From NCBI GenBank assembly GCA_021781215.1, contig JAJXXC010000008.1, positions 6,965 to 70,964 on the forward strand: DNA of 64,000 nt, in the 5' to 3' direction. Every line of letters begins with the position of its first letter. The first letter of the stretch is position 1. The stretch is from a bacterium. GTDB lineage: Bacteria; Patescibacteriota; Saccharimonadia; Saccharimonadales; DATKHC01. Of the stretch, positions 1-8,264 are shown one piece after another. Under the pieces are notes generated by a model, which did not search any database, was not told the origin of the DNA, and saw only the letters and a list, made by a program, of their open reading frames with translations. Both the position numbers and the translations under genes were made by a program.

Positions 1-282
1 AGCGGCGTGTTATCACTCCTAAGCAAAGACAATATTAATAACGAAGCGTTCAATATTGGAGATGATAGATCTGCGATATCGATACTTGAATTAGCAGAGC
101 TAATAGTTAAGGTTTTAGATTCGAAATCAAAAATAGTTATACTTGGAAACAATATCGAGGATGTAAAAACTAGAAGGCCAGACATAACCAAGGCCAAACA
201 GCTATTAGACTATAATCCCAAAGTTGATCTTAGCAAAGGGATTAGCGAAGTTGCAGGCTGGATCAGAAAAGACTCTAGGTAA
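1..282 (+). CDS. NAD-dependent sugar epimerase/dehydratase family protein, C-terminal fragment (UDP-glucuronate decarboxylase / ArnA-C-like); 5' end outside window
   Basis: The frame is open from base 1, and the track M at 7 is an internal GTG. The tail RRPDITKAKQLLDYNPKVDLSKGISEVAGW resembles the conserved C-terminal block of extended-SDR sugar decarboxylases/dehydratases. Stop at 280-282. Confidence 0.6.
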   Translation, partial: SGVLSLLSKDNINNEAFNIGDDRSAISILELAELIVKVLDSKSKIVILGNNIEDVKTRRPDITKAKQLLDYNPKVDLSKGISEVAGWIRKDSR

Positions 283-289
283 TAATGCT

Positions 290-1549
290 ATGAGTAAAAA
301 TAATCAATTATTGGATTATCAGGATCAAATCAATCTACTTAGAAAGCTGATTGAACTACACCCAATTTATGGTGCTGGAAGTCAAAAAGAATCTATAGAT
401 ATTATTGAGGAAATACTTCTTCAAAACAGTTGGAACGATATATATAGAGATGTATTTAAATCCAAAGAACTTATTAACGACAAGGGTTACGTTAGTATTA
501 AAGATTTCTCAGAAGAATTTAAAAATGATACAGAATTAGAAAAAATAAATCTTATATCAATTTTGGATAGTGGCTTCGATGGGCCAACAGTTATTCTAAA
601 TGGACACTATGATGTCGATATAGTTTCAAACCCACATCTATGGGAACATCGGGACGGATGGAAGAAAGCCAATATTATCGACAATAAGCTTTACGGAAGA
701 GGTTCTAGTGATATGCTAGCTGGTCTGACTTCTATGCTTTATGTCGCTAATAGTTTTACCAAAAAACAAAAACAGTGGGGAGGTAGGATAATCTTTTGTG
801 CTGTAACCGACGAGGAGCTGGGGGGTAATGGATCATTGCATGCCTTAAAAGTATTGGCTAAAAAGGGCTATCTTAATAATCCGGACGATTGCTTCGTTAT
901 CATAGCCGAACCTAGCGACAATATAATCGGCACAGAGTCACTGGGGTTTATTCATTTTAAAATCGTGATAAAAGGAAAGTCCGTACACATGGGGGTAGCG
1001 AACCAGAAAGATAACGCTATCTACAAAACTTACGAAATAATTGAAAACTTTAAAACAATAATCACCCACGCAACTGAATCATTTGGTAATACGGCCAAAC
1101 AATCTATTAAGTATAATTTCGGAATCATTAATGGCGGCAAAGACGCGGCTATCCCGATCGGAGAGATCAGCCTTGAAGGTGCAATTTTCCATCCCGAGGA
1201 TATTTCGATCGATAAATTGAAGGTAAATCTTAGGCATGAAATTAACAAATTTAACTCTGATGCATTAATTGATTTTTCGGATTTTGGTTTTAGCGGATTT
1301 AAATCTAGCCAGAATAAACTCTCAAGAATATTATTAGACACTCGAGTATCAGGTGATATAAAAGAAGGTTTATTTCCAAGTCCATGTGATGCCCGATTAT
1401 TTAATCTATACGGAATTAGCAATGTAGTCGTTTACGGTCCGGGCTCATTATCTCAGGCCCATTCCGAGAACGAGTATATTACTCTAGAATCAATCAAATC
1501 CTACAATGAGCATTTAGAGAAGGCTCTTGATATCTTATTAGCTAAATAA
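290..1549 (+). CDS. M20-family metallohydrolase (ArgE/DapE/aminoacylase-like deacylase)
   Basis: The blocks LNGHYDVD, GRGSSDMLAG and TDEELGG are typical of M20 deacetylases/peptidases. ATG at 290 (MSKNNQ) is preferred because the 224 start would overlap the upstream gene. Confidence 0.7.
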   Translation: MSKNNQLLDYQDQINLLRKLIELHPIYGAGSQKESIDIIEEILLQNSWNDIYRDVFKSKELINDKGYVSIKDFSEEFKNDTELEKINLISILDSGFDGPTVILNGHYDVDIVSNPHLWEHRDGWKKANIIDNKLYGRGSSDMLAGLTSMLYVANSFTKKQKQWGGRIIFCAVTDEELGGNGSLHALKVLAKKGYLNNPDDCFVIIAEPSDNIIGTESLGFIHFKIVIKGKSVHMGVANQKDNAIYKTYEIIENFKTIITHATESFGNTAKQSIKYNFGIINGGKDAAIPIGEISLEGAIFHPEDISIDKLKVNLRHEINKFNSDALIDFSDFGFSGFKSSQNKLSRILLDTRVSGDIKEGLFPSPCDARLFNLYGISNVVVYGPGSLSQAHSENEYITLESIKSYNEHLEKALDILLAK

Positions 1550-1559
1550 TATATAAATT

Positions 1560-2774
1560 ATGGATACTAGATTTCCACCTCAACCTAAAAGAATCAAAGT
1601 ACCCTTGTATCCCCAATTAGGAAAATTGATACCAGCCTCAGTGCTTAATAAAAATAACAGTTTGATGGATTTGATGTCTCAGATATTAGGTATGAATAAA
1701 GATAAGATTATTCTGGCGAATTCAGCTTCTGATGCTCTATATGAGTTTCTTAGAATAGTCAGAGTAGACCGGAATAAAAAACTACTGGTTGGCATGCCAT
1801 CATTTAATTGTATTGACGTGGCTGAAGCCGTGGTAGCTGCCGGATGTACCCCAGTCTTTACCGATATCGATAAGTCATTAATGATGACCGAGAAAAATAT
1901 AGATTTTATGATAGCTCAAAAATGTGAATATTTTATATGGCCTAATTTCTTTGGGGCTAGACATAGAGACAGAATGTTTGCAGAAAAACTTATCAAAAAT
2001 AATATCAAAATAATACTGGACGAAGCTCAATCATTCCCGTTTTACTATGATGAGATTAAGCCATTCGTAGATAAATATGCCCATCTGGTGCTAATCTCAT
2101 TTGGCCATAGTAAACCTATATCTGGGGTTGGTGGTGGAGCTATTTTTATGAACCAACCAAATACTAGTTTTCAGAAAATGAAAGGTTATCCAGAAGAAAG
2201 TAGAAATGAAGCTTATTTCAACTTAGTTAAAAAAGTTATGAAACAAAGAATAAATTGGCGAAGTCCACGGATTGCCAAAAAATTAGCAATAAATCCTAAA
2301 AGAGAAAAGAAGTTAGAAGTATTGCTCAATCAAAGAATAGGCAAAAAGAAATATGATCCAATTAGCCGATATCAGTCTCAGGTTGCCTATAAAAATCTAA
2401 AAACTATTAATTCGAAAAAATTCATACAATCCTATTCAATGAGATATGAAAAACTAAATAAACTTTTAAAATCAAAAGAGGGTAGTGTTGGACTAAACTA
2501 TCTCAACCAGGTCATTGGAGAACCGGCATCTATTGCTTTATCCTTAGACCCAAATCGAAGGTATGAAATCTTTACGCGTTTCTCGAATCAATCTATTGAA
2601 ACAACCTGGTATTATTATCCGATTAGCTTACTGGATAAATATAGAAAATACCCATGTGAGACTATTATTAATACCATTGGAATATCTTCGAGTATTATCA
2701 TTATTCCATTTAGATGGCAGCATAGTAACAGACAAATAAATAGATTAATAGATTCTCTAAAAGTAATCCTGTAG
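1560..2774 (+). CDS. Divergent DegT/DnrJ/EryC1-like PLP-dependent enzyme (putative sugar aminotransferase-like)
   Basis: ANSASDALYEFL and ISFGHSKPISGVGGGAIF (the SFxxxKxxxxGxGG PLP-lysine context) resemble fold-type I sugar aminotransferases. The remainder is divergent. Confidence 0.5.
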   Translation: MDTRFPPQPKRIKVPLYPQLGKLIPASVLNKNNSLMDLMSQILGMNKDKIILANSASDALYEFLRIVRVDRNKKLLVGMPSFNCIDVAEAVVAAGCTPVFTDIDKSLMMTEKNIDFMIAQKCEYFIWPNFFGARHRDRMFAEKLIKNNIKIILDEAQSFPFYYDEIKPFVDKYAHLVLISFGHSKPISGVGGGAIFMNQPNTSFQKMKGYPEESRNEAYFNLVKKVMKQRINWRSPRIAKKLAINPKREKKLEVLLNQRIGKKKYDPISRYQSQVAYKNLKTINSKKFIQSYSMRYEKLNKLLKSKEGSVGLNYLNQVIGEPASIALSLDPNRRYEIFTRFSNQSIETTWYYYPISLLDKYRKYPCETIINTIGISSSIIIIPFRWQHSNRQINRLIDSLKVIL

Positions 2775-2791
2775 ATGGAGCGGTATATATT

Positions 2792-3715
2792 ATGAAAATA
2801 AATCTACTTAATAAAACTGAATGGTCAATGAAATTGAAGCTCAGTCCGTATCGAACCGTATTTCATGAATATTGGTGGGGTAAATTTACCACTGAATATT
2901 TAGGAGGTGAATTCTTCCCAATTTTAGTAGAAGATGAAAACAGGCAGTGGCTACTACCTTGTTATATAGGTAAGCCATGGTCCGAGAATGATCAGGTAAG
3001 TATTGGCGGTATAGGTTATGGTGGACCGCTGCCATTGTATGAAATTAATAGTCCTGCGATAGAAGGGAATAGAGTGTCCGAGATACTGCCAGAGATTGCA
3101 CAGTATTTTAAAAAGAACTCTATCAAAGCAACCCTATATTCGGATAAATCTTGGAGCTTAATTGAAGACAACAGATTCCAGATGTCTTCCACAGTAAAAA
3201 TTCCATTAATAAGGTCTAAGGATTATATGTTTGAGAATATACTCACCGGGAATGTCAGGACAGCAATCAGGAAAGCACATAAGAGTGATGTAGTTGTCCG
3301 GGGAATTAATAGTTCTGAAGATGAACTGGCTCAATCATACAATCTATTGATAGATACCCAGAAACGAGTCAATTCAAAATACGTCACGGATCGAAAATTA
3401 TTTATGTCATTAGCCCAAAACAATAATTACCAAAAATCAAAATGTTTTGTAGCAATTAAAGATAGTCGCATATTAGCTACCACTATTTTGGTCTGGAATG
3501 ATTTAGAGGCCTTTCACTTATTCCATGGATGGGACAAAAATTATGATAGTCTATGCGCTAACCAATCCATCCTATGGGAAATGATAAATTTTGCGAAAGA
3601 TGAAAAATTGGAATCTTTCAATATGGGTGAATCTCATAGCGAAAACCTACTTAGAGCTAAATTAAGATGGGGTGGAAGGGTTGAGCTAGTGCCGAGAATA
3701 TCGTTATATATTTGA
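2792..3715 (+). CDS. FemAB-like / Acetyltransf_6-type GNAT-fold acyl- or aminoacyl-transferase
   Basis: NVRTAIRKAHKSDVVV, a central GNAT-like core, and the C-terminal FNMGES...LLRAKLRWGG match the pattern of FemAB-related transferases (irka.k.g...; fdfG...FK..wG). Confidence 0.55.
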   Translation: MKINLLNKTEWSMKLKLSPYRTVFHEYWWGKFTTEYLGGEFFPILVEDENRQWLLPCYIGKPWSENDQVSIGGIGYGGPLPLYEINSPAIEGNRVSEILPEIAQYFKKNSIKATLYSDKSWSLIEDNRFQMSSTVKIPLIRSKDYMFENILTGNVRTAIRKAHKSDVVVRGINSSEDELAQSYNLLIDTQKRVNSKYVTDRKLFMSLAQNNNYQKSKCFVAIKDSRILATTILVWNDLEAFHLFHGWDKNYDSLCANQSILWEMINFAKDEKLESFNMGESHSENLLRAKLRWGGRVELVPRISLYI

Positions 3716-4606
3716 TAGAGTAGCTTCAGCCCAATTTATCATCTTGAGTCCATTTTCCCTCACATAATAATCGTTTTCTTGTATCTCAAAATTAACGATA
3801 GTTTCTGAATTAGATAATTTATTGATTTGAAGCAATATGTTAGTATAAACCGTTTCCGGCATCGAACCATTCATAGGCAGCATTCCATCAAAATATCCTA
3901 ATTCCTCTTGGGGGATATTTAAGCCTTTGTACGCAGCAAAATGCCAGTGAGCTATTCTTTCGCCTAGACGCTGAAAATCGTATAAATCTACATCTTGATA
4001 ATTTAAAATTGCGGCTTTAGGCAGCAATCCTTGCTTAACTGCTTCCAGGTAACCAAGGGTACTGGTAGAATGACAGACGTCCCAGACAACTTTTACTTTT
4101 TCATCAAGATTAGAAAAGTCTTTTGAGTAGCAGAACATAGGATCTAGATCATTTCCTTCATTACCGATAACAGGCATATTTTCTAAACCCAACCAGGTTC
4201 TTGTTGGATCTTGTCCATTAACTACATCTGATAATTTTTCACAAACCCTATCCCTCTGCTCGTCCATGTTTAGTTTTATCCACTCGTTACTAGACAAAAT
4301 TTTATTCGAATGTACGACTACTCCGTCTAGGCCGATATCAGAGGCTCTTTTAAAAGTTTCTTGAAGCCTACTGTATACAAATTTATCATCAACATATTCA
4401 GAGCCATTCATTGGAAAATGATAGGTAACATTGTAGGGGCCGTAAATATCTACAGCTTTTTTTACATTCCTCCAAATCTTATCCCAATTTTGCTTATCTA
4501 AGTCAGACCTAACAAAACTTATCGCCTCGACCGCATCAATGCCATAAATATTCTTGTCGGGTAATTGTTTGAGATCACTTGCTAGAAACGATAGTGATAA
4601 TTTCAT
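3704..4606 (-). CDS. Xylose-isomerase-like TIM-barrel protein (sugar phosphate isomerase/epimerase family)
   Basis: The VVVHSN, VCHSTS and HWHFA His/Asp/Glu-containing strands are reminiscent of the AP-endonuclease-2/xylose isomerase-like fold. The start lies 1 nt after the upstream aminotransferase stop. The assignment is weak. Confidence 0.4.
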   Translation of the reverse strand: MKLSLSFLASDLKQLPDKNIYGIDAVEAISFVRSDLDKQNWDKIWRNVKKAVDIYGPYNVTYHFPMNGSEYVDDKFVYSRLQETFKRASDIGLDGVVVHSNKILSSNEWIKLNMDEQRDRVCEKLSDVVNGQDPTRTWLGLENMPVIGNEGNDLDPMFCYSKDFSNLDEKVKVVWDVCHSTSTLGYLEAVKQGLLPKAAILNYQDVDLYDFQRLGERIAHWHFAAYKGLNIPQEELGYFDGMLPMNGSMPETVYTNILLQINKLSNSETIVNFEIQENDYYVRENGLKMINWAEATLSNI

Positions 4607-4607
4607 G

Positions 4608-5744
4608 CTAAATATTGAGGAAATTATTTATCTCACCTATAACGTAATCTTGGTCCTCCAAAGATAGAGTAGGGAACATTGGAATACTCAAACATCCAGC
4701 ATAATAATTCTCAGTATTAGTCAGCGGAGAATCACTTGCATTAAAATATTTAGCGTAAGCTGGCTGCATGTGAAGTGGTACATAGTGAACCTGGGCATAG
4801 ATACCTTTTGACTTCAGATAATCATACATGCCTTTACGATTTTTAACCTGGGTAGTATATAGGTGATAGGCATTAAGACCATTTGGTATATTCGATTGTA
4901 ATTTTATATTTTTATTATTTTCAAAAGCTTTAGTATACCTATCGGCTAATCGTCTTCTATTAGATAAATTTTCATTAATTCGAGACAGCTGGCTATTTCC
5001 AAGAGATGCATTAATATCACTCATTCTATAGTTATAGCCAACATCATCTATTTCGTAATACCAACCTTCTTCACTAGATTGCTGTTTCGACCTATCCATA
5101 TTATGTGATCGGGATAATTTAATTTTTTCGTATAGCTTAGGATTATTAGTTGTAATCATGCCTCCTTCGCCAGTAGTAATATGTTTAGCGGGATGAAATG
5201 AAAAAACTGTTATATCCGAATATTTTGCATTACCAACTAAATCATCATTAAGCACTCCGCCTAATGAGTGAGCCGCGTCTTCAATTAGCCAAAGTTTGTA
5301 TTTATCACAAATCGTTTTTAGTTTTATGACATCTGATGGGAGCCCGGCATAATCAACTGTAATAATCCCGGCATATTTATCTGGATTTTGAAGTAATCTT
5401 TTTTCGATTATATTAATATCCATTAGCAACGTTTGTGGATCTATATCAATAAATTCTATATTTCCACCACTATAGAGTACGGCATTAGCCGTGGCTGCAA
5501 ACGTTAAGGAAGGGAGTAAAACAAATTTATCTTTTGGAATACCTAATGCTTTTACGGCCAGGTGCAACCCAGCAGTTCCGCTCGAAACCGATAATGCGTA
5601 TTCTGATTGGACATATTTTCTAAAATTCTCTTCAAACAGAACTACATTTTCACCACCAGTTAAGAAACCAGACTTAAGAACACTGGTAACTGAATCAACA
5701 TCATTCTCCGTTATATCATGTTTTGCATAGGGTATATTGCGCAT
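4608..5744 (-). CDS. DegT/DnrJ/EryC1/StrS-family nucleotide-sugar aminotransferase (PseC/ArnB-like)
   Basis: Canonical family blocks are present: IPYAKHDITENDVDSVTSVLKSGFLTGG, SSGTAGLHLA and FSFHPAKHITTGEGG (the PLP lysine). Confidence 0.85.
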   Translation of the reverse strand: MRNIPYAKHDITENDVDSVTSVLKSGFLTGGENVVLFEENFRKYVQSEYALSVSSGTAGLHLAVKALGIPKDKFVLLPSLTFAATANAVLYSGGNIEFIDIDPQTLLMDINIIEKRLLQNPDKYAGIITVDYAGLPSDVIKLKTICDKYKLWLIEDAAHSLGGVLNDDLVGNAKYSDITVFSFHPAKHITTGEGGMITTNNPKLYEKIKLSRSHNMDRSKQQSSEEGWYYEIDDVGYNYRMSDINASLGNSQLSRINENLSNRRRLADRYTKAFENNKNIKLQSNIPNGLNAYHLYTTQVKNRKGMYDYLKSKGIYAQVHYVPLHMQPAYAKYFNASDSPLTNTENYYAGCLSIPMFPTLSLEDQDYVIGEINNFLNI

Positions 5745-5811
5745 TAGATCAGTCCTATCAATCTACTTTACAATTTAATTATATCTATACCTACAGAATT
5801 TAACTAAATTA

Positions 5812-6693
5812 CTATCTAAGTGCCTCAACTATAGTTTGGTGCAATTTGCCATTAGAGGTAATCGAACCGCCAGATCCATTACTTAGATCTTGAGTCCCAT
5901 CAATTGCCGTCCAAGTTCCGCCCGATTCTGCTATCCCGATTTTTACTGCCGCGATATCATGATACTCGGTTAGAAAATCTATCATCACATCAGCGTGACC
6001 TCTCATAATTTCAGCGTGACCAAAAGCATCAGCATATCCTCTTTCGGCATATGCACTTAAGACTATCTTTGATAATTGATCTAATCTATTAGCTTTTTTA
6101 GCAAAATCAATACCATTATGAAGTACATATGCCTCTGGAAGTGAGCTAACACTGGAAGCCTGAAGTTTATTAATTTTATTGTTAGATATCTCCCAGCAAC
6201 CTTTATTAATTTCAGCAAATATTAATTCATTTCTAGCAGGAAAAGTAATGAAGCCCGTGGTAGTTATATCTGTGTCATCTAGAGCTAAAAGTGTTGCCCA
6301 AAATTCTTGCCCATGTATGAACTGTATCGTGCCGTCAATTGGATCAAGCGTCCATAATCTACCATTCTTTGAATCTCGTAAAAATCCTTCTTCTCCCTGA
6401 AACCCATCATCGGGTAAAATTTTGCCAAGTCGGTTAAATACATACTCTTCGATAGCTTTATCGGCATAAGTTACTGGTGAACCATCGAGTTTATGTTCCA
6501 CAGAGTCTGATTTATGTTGATAGGATAGTGCTATACCGCCAACCGTTCTAATCATTGGCAATATCTCATCAAAAACCTCAGATCGAGGATATCCATCGTT
6601 TAGCCTATACAACTCATTCATAATGTACTGATTATATAACATTTGAGCGATATTATCAAGTATTCTAGGATGGCGACTATCCCATGACAGCAA
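5812..6693 (-). CDS. Inositol-monophosphatase-family phosphatase (SuhB/HisN-like sugar-phosphate phosphatase)
   Basis: It carries the FQGEEG and WTLDPIDGT metal-binding motifs of the IMPase family. An alternative later start at 6621 (MNELYRL) is possible. Confidence 0.75.
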   Translation of the reverse strand: MLSWDSRHPRILDNIAQMLYNQYIMNELYRLNDGYPRSEVFDEILPMIRTVGGIALSYQHKSDSVEHKLDGSPVTYADKAIEEYVFNRLGKILPDDGFQGEEGFLRDSKNGRLWTLDPIDGTIQFIHGQEFWATLLALDDTDITTTGFITFPARNELIFAEINKGCWEISNNKINKLQASSVSSLPEAYVLHNGIDFAKKANRLDQLSKIVLSAYAERGYADAFGHAEIMRGHADVMIDFLTEYHDIAAVKIGIAESGGTWTAIDGTQDLSNGSGGSITSNGKLHQTIVEALR

Positions 6694-6715
6694 GTAAAAA
6701 TAGGAAGATTTCCTT

Positions 6716-6988
6716 ATGAGGTGGTTTAGGCGTTATAATAAACGCATGGAAAGTGATAAAAAAATACAAGATAAAATTACTTGGCTTAACGAGAAATATC
6801 CGCCAGCTAAATGGGATTCAGTTGAGGGGTTTCACTCAACATCTTCAGTAACAATTGGATTAAATTCTAGTATAGATCCCGGGCGAGGAATAATTTTCAA
6901 GTTATTTATAAATACTGAAACGTCGGAGGTTAAATTCTTCCCTTATCGAGAATTTCTACACAAAGTAATAATGCCAAAGAAGAAATAG
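6716..6988 (+). CDS. Hypothetical small protein
   Basis: A 90-codon ORF that is first in a tightly packed 4-ORF string, with its stop 1 nt before the next ATG. No recognisable motif. Confidence 0.35.
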   Translation: MRWFRRYNKRMESDKKIQDKITWLNEKYPPAKWDSVEGFHSTSSVTIGLNSSIDPGRGIIFKLFINTETSEVKFFPYREFLHKVIMPKKK

Positions 6989-6989
6989 T

Positions 6990-7208
6990 ATGGCTGGCAT
7001 AAATCTTGACGAACAATTTAGAGAATTGTCAGATAAAGTTAAAAACATTAATACTACAATGGCACTCGTTGTTATTGTGTTATTCGTTGGTTTCATTACC
7101 ATGCTTGTTGGATTCATTAGTCTTATAGATAGTTCTAACGGAAGCAAGCAAGCTAGCTACCAGCAATTAGTTACCGAGGTACAACAGCTAAACGATAAGG
7201 TTAAATAA
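6990..7208 (+). CDS. Small single-pass membrane protein
   Basis: 72 aa with a central hydrophobic helix (MALVVIVLFVGFITMLVGFISLI) and a short coiled tail (QQLVTEVQQLNDKVK). The stop is immediately followed by the next ATG. Confidence 0.45.
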   Translation: MAGINLDEQFRELSDKVKNINTTMALVVIVLFVGFITMLVGFISLIDSSNGSKQASYQQLVTEVQQLNDKVK

Positions 7209-7265
7209 ATGAGTAAAAAACTACTCAAACAATTAATTAAACGGGCATCACAGAAAATTGTATGA
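7209..7265 (+). CDS. Candidate 18-codon micro-ORF (MSKKLLKQLIKRASQKIV), not in the ORF track
   Basis: The ATG directly abuts the upstream TAA (7206-7208) and the TGA overlaps the downstream ATG in an ATGA junction (7262-7265). An AAGG lies about 10-14 nt upstream. It encodes a basic amphipathic peptide. Confidence 0.25.
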   Translation: MSKKLLKQLIKRASQKIV

Positions 7266-7606
7266 AGATAAATGACAAACTAGTTAAGGGGTATGTTATT
7301 GGGTCGTCGGTAGCAATCTTAGCTCTTATTGGTGGCATGATTTATCTTGGAATGCAACTACATCAGGTTAATAAAAACGTTCAGGGTGTAAACAACACTA
7401 GTACTCCAGATTATTCGTCTCAACTTGATAGTATATCTAATTCTATTAGCGACTTAACTAATAAGGTGGGTAATCTTTCTACTCCAGGGTTCACATCTTT
7501 GACGTGTACAGGGTCTAATTCATCTGCAGGCTCTGGTAGTAGTATTGGAAGTTATACATCATACACCTTTAACGGTAGTATAACGCTTAACTGTAGACCC
7601 CTATAA
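7262..7606 (+). CDS. Membrane-anchored Ser/Thr/Gly/Asn-rich small protein
   Basis: 114 aa with an N-terminal TM helix (VIGSSVAILALIGGMIYLGM). The extracytoplasmic part is S/T/N/G-rich and has two Cys (LTCTG...LNCRPL). Confidence 0.45.
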   Translation: MKINDKLVKGYVIGSSVAILALIGGMIYLGMQLHQVNKNVQGVNNTSTPDYSSQLDSISNSISDLTNKVGNLSTPGFTSLTCTGSNSSAGSGSSIGSYTSYTFNGSITLNCRPL

Positions 7607-7700
7607 TCCTAAGTCCTTATCTAATCTGTCTACTTGCTGTTAAGGGATAGTCGCCGGGTGAATGAGCTTTTTTTAGCCCTATCTTGCAATAAAGTCCGTG

Positions 7701-7776
7701 TGGTGACCCCGGCGGGATTCGAACCCGCGATTTTCTGGATGAGAACCAGATGTCCTAACCGCTAGACGACGGGGCC
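7701..7776 (-). tRNA. tRNA-Glu (anticodon CUC), CCA encoded
   Basis: The reverse complement folds as a 76-nt cloverleaf. The acceptor is GGCCCCG/CGGGGTC (one G-U pair) and the D arm is GTCT-AGCGGTTA-GGAC. The anticodon arm is TCTGG-TTCTCAT-CCAGA and the T arm is GCGGG-TTCGAAT-CCCGC, followed by discriminator A and CCA. Confidence 0.9.
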
Positions 7777-7785
7777 AATTACTTC

Positions 7786-7794
7786 ATTCTAGCA
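7786..7794 (-). promoter_or_regulatory. Extended -10 element (TGCTAGAAT) upstream of tRNA-Glu
   Basis: The minus strand reads TGCTAGAAT about 10 nt upstream of the tRNA 5' end. The -35 is weak. Confidence 0.35.
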
Positions 7795-7874
7795 TAACAG
7801 ATCGTAGGAAAATATTAACTGATTAATGCTGCTTATGATTTGAATAGAAATAAATCTAATGTATCCTTGAAATC

Positions 7875-8159
7875 ATGACTATTCACGAAGAGTTAAGAAT
7901 AATTTCCACAGAACAATTGCTTGATGTTATGGAATCAGATTTTGAAACACCTCGTAGAAGTGAAGATTATGAAGACCACATGGACTACTTAAAGAATGCC
8001 TATCCGAATATATTTGAGTTTATAGTAAGGACGGTATCTGATGGGTTACCATTTGAAAGCGAAGAACAGGCTGACTTTTTCTTAGGTGGTGCAGTGTATG
8101 CGACCGTGGCCTTATGTAGAAACGCCGAAATTCTAGGCCTACGAAATAGTTTAAGTTAA
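7875..8159 (+). CDS. Hypothetical acidic small protein
   Basis: A 94-codon ORF in an otherwise empty gap, with no recognisable motif. Confidence 0.4.
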   Translation: MTIHEELRIISTEQLLDVMESDFETPRRSEDYEDHMDYLKNAYPNIFEFIVRTVSDGLPFESEEQADFFLGGAVYATVALCRNAEILGLRNSLS

Positions 8160-8264
8160 CGATTAACTAGCGTATTAAGTTATTTTATAACTGTTGGCTT
8201 AAATAAGAGACATTGGCTATAATAAAGACAAAGAACAAGCTTATGATGACTATAGAGGGCACCG

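Noticed and set aside
1030-1422. 130-aa minus-strand ORF inside the M20 hydrolase gene. It stands for the many similar antisense or alternate-frame ORFs in the track (for example 5491-5730, 6179-6400, 8765-8980, 12229-12498, 12610-12924, 14933-15220, 16007-16327, 21067-21315, 35147-35503, 36739-37026, 39667-40082, 55541-55867, 60264-60794 and 63304-63510).
   Set aside because: Each is fully nested in a longer ORF with clear family motifs on the other strand or frame. They have odd low-complexity composition and no Shine-Dalgarno or sensible neighbours. They are typical shadow ORFs of an AT-rich genome.
1-7776. Genomic island integrated at tRNA-Glu
   Set aside because: No integrase, no transposase and no direct repeat of the tRNA 3' end were visible in the window, and the composition looks like the rest of the sequence. 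The block is kept only as an accessory-looking cluster.
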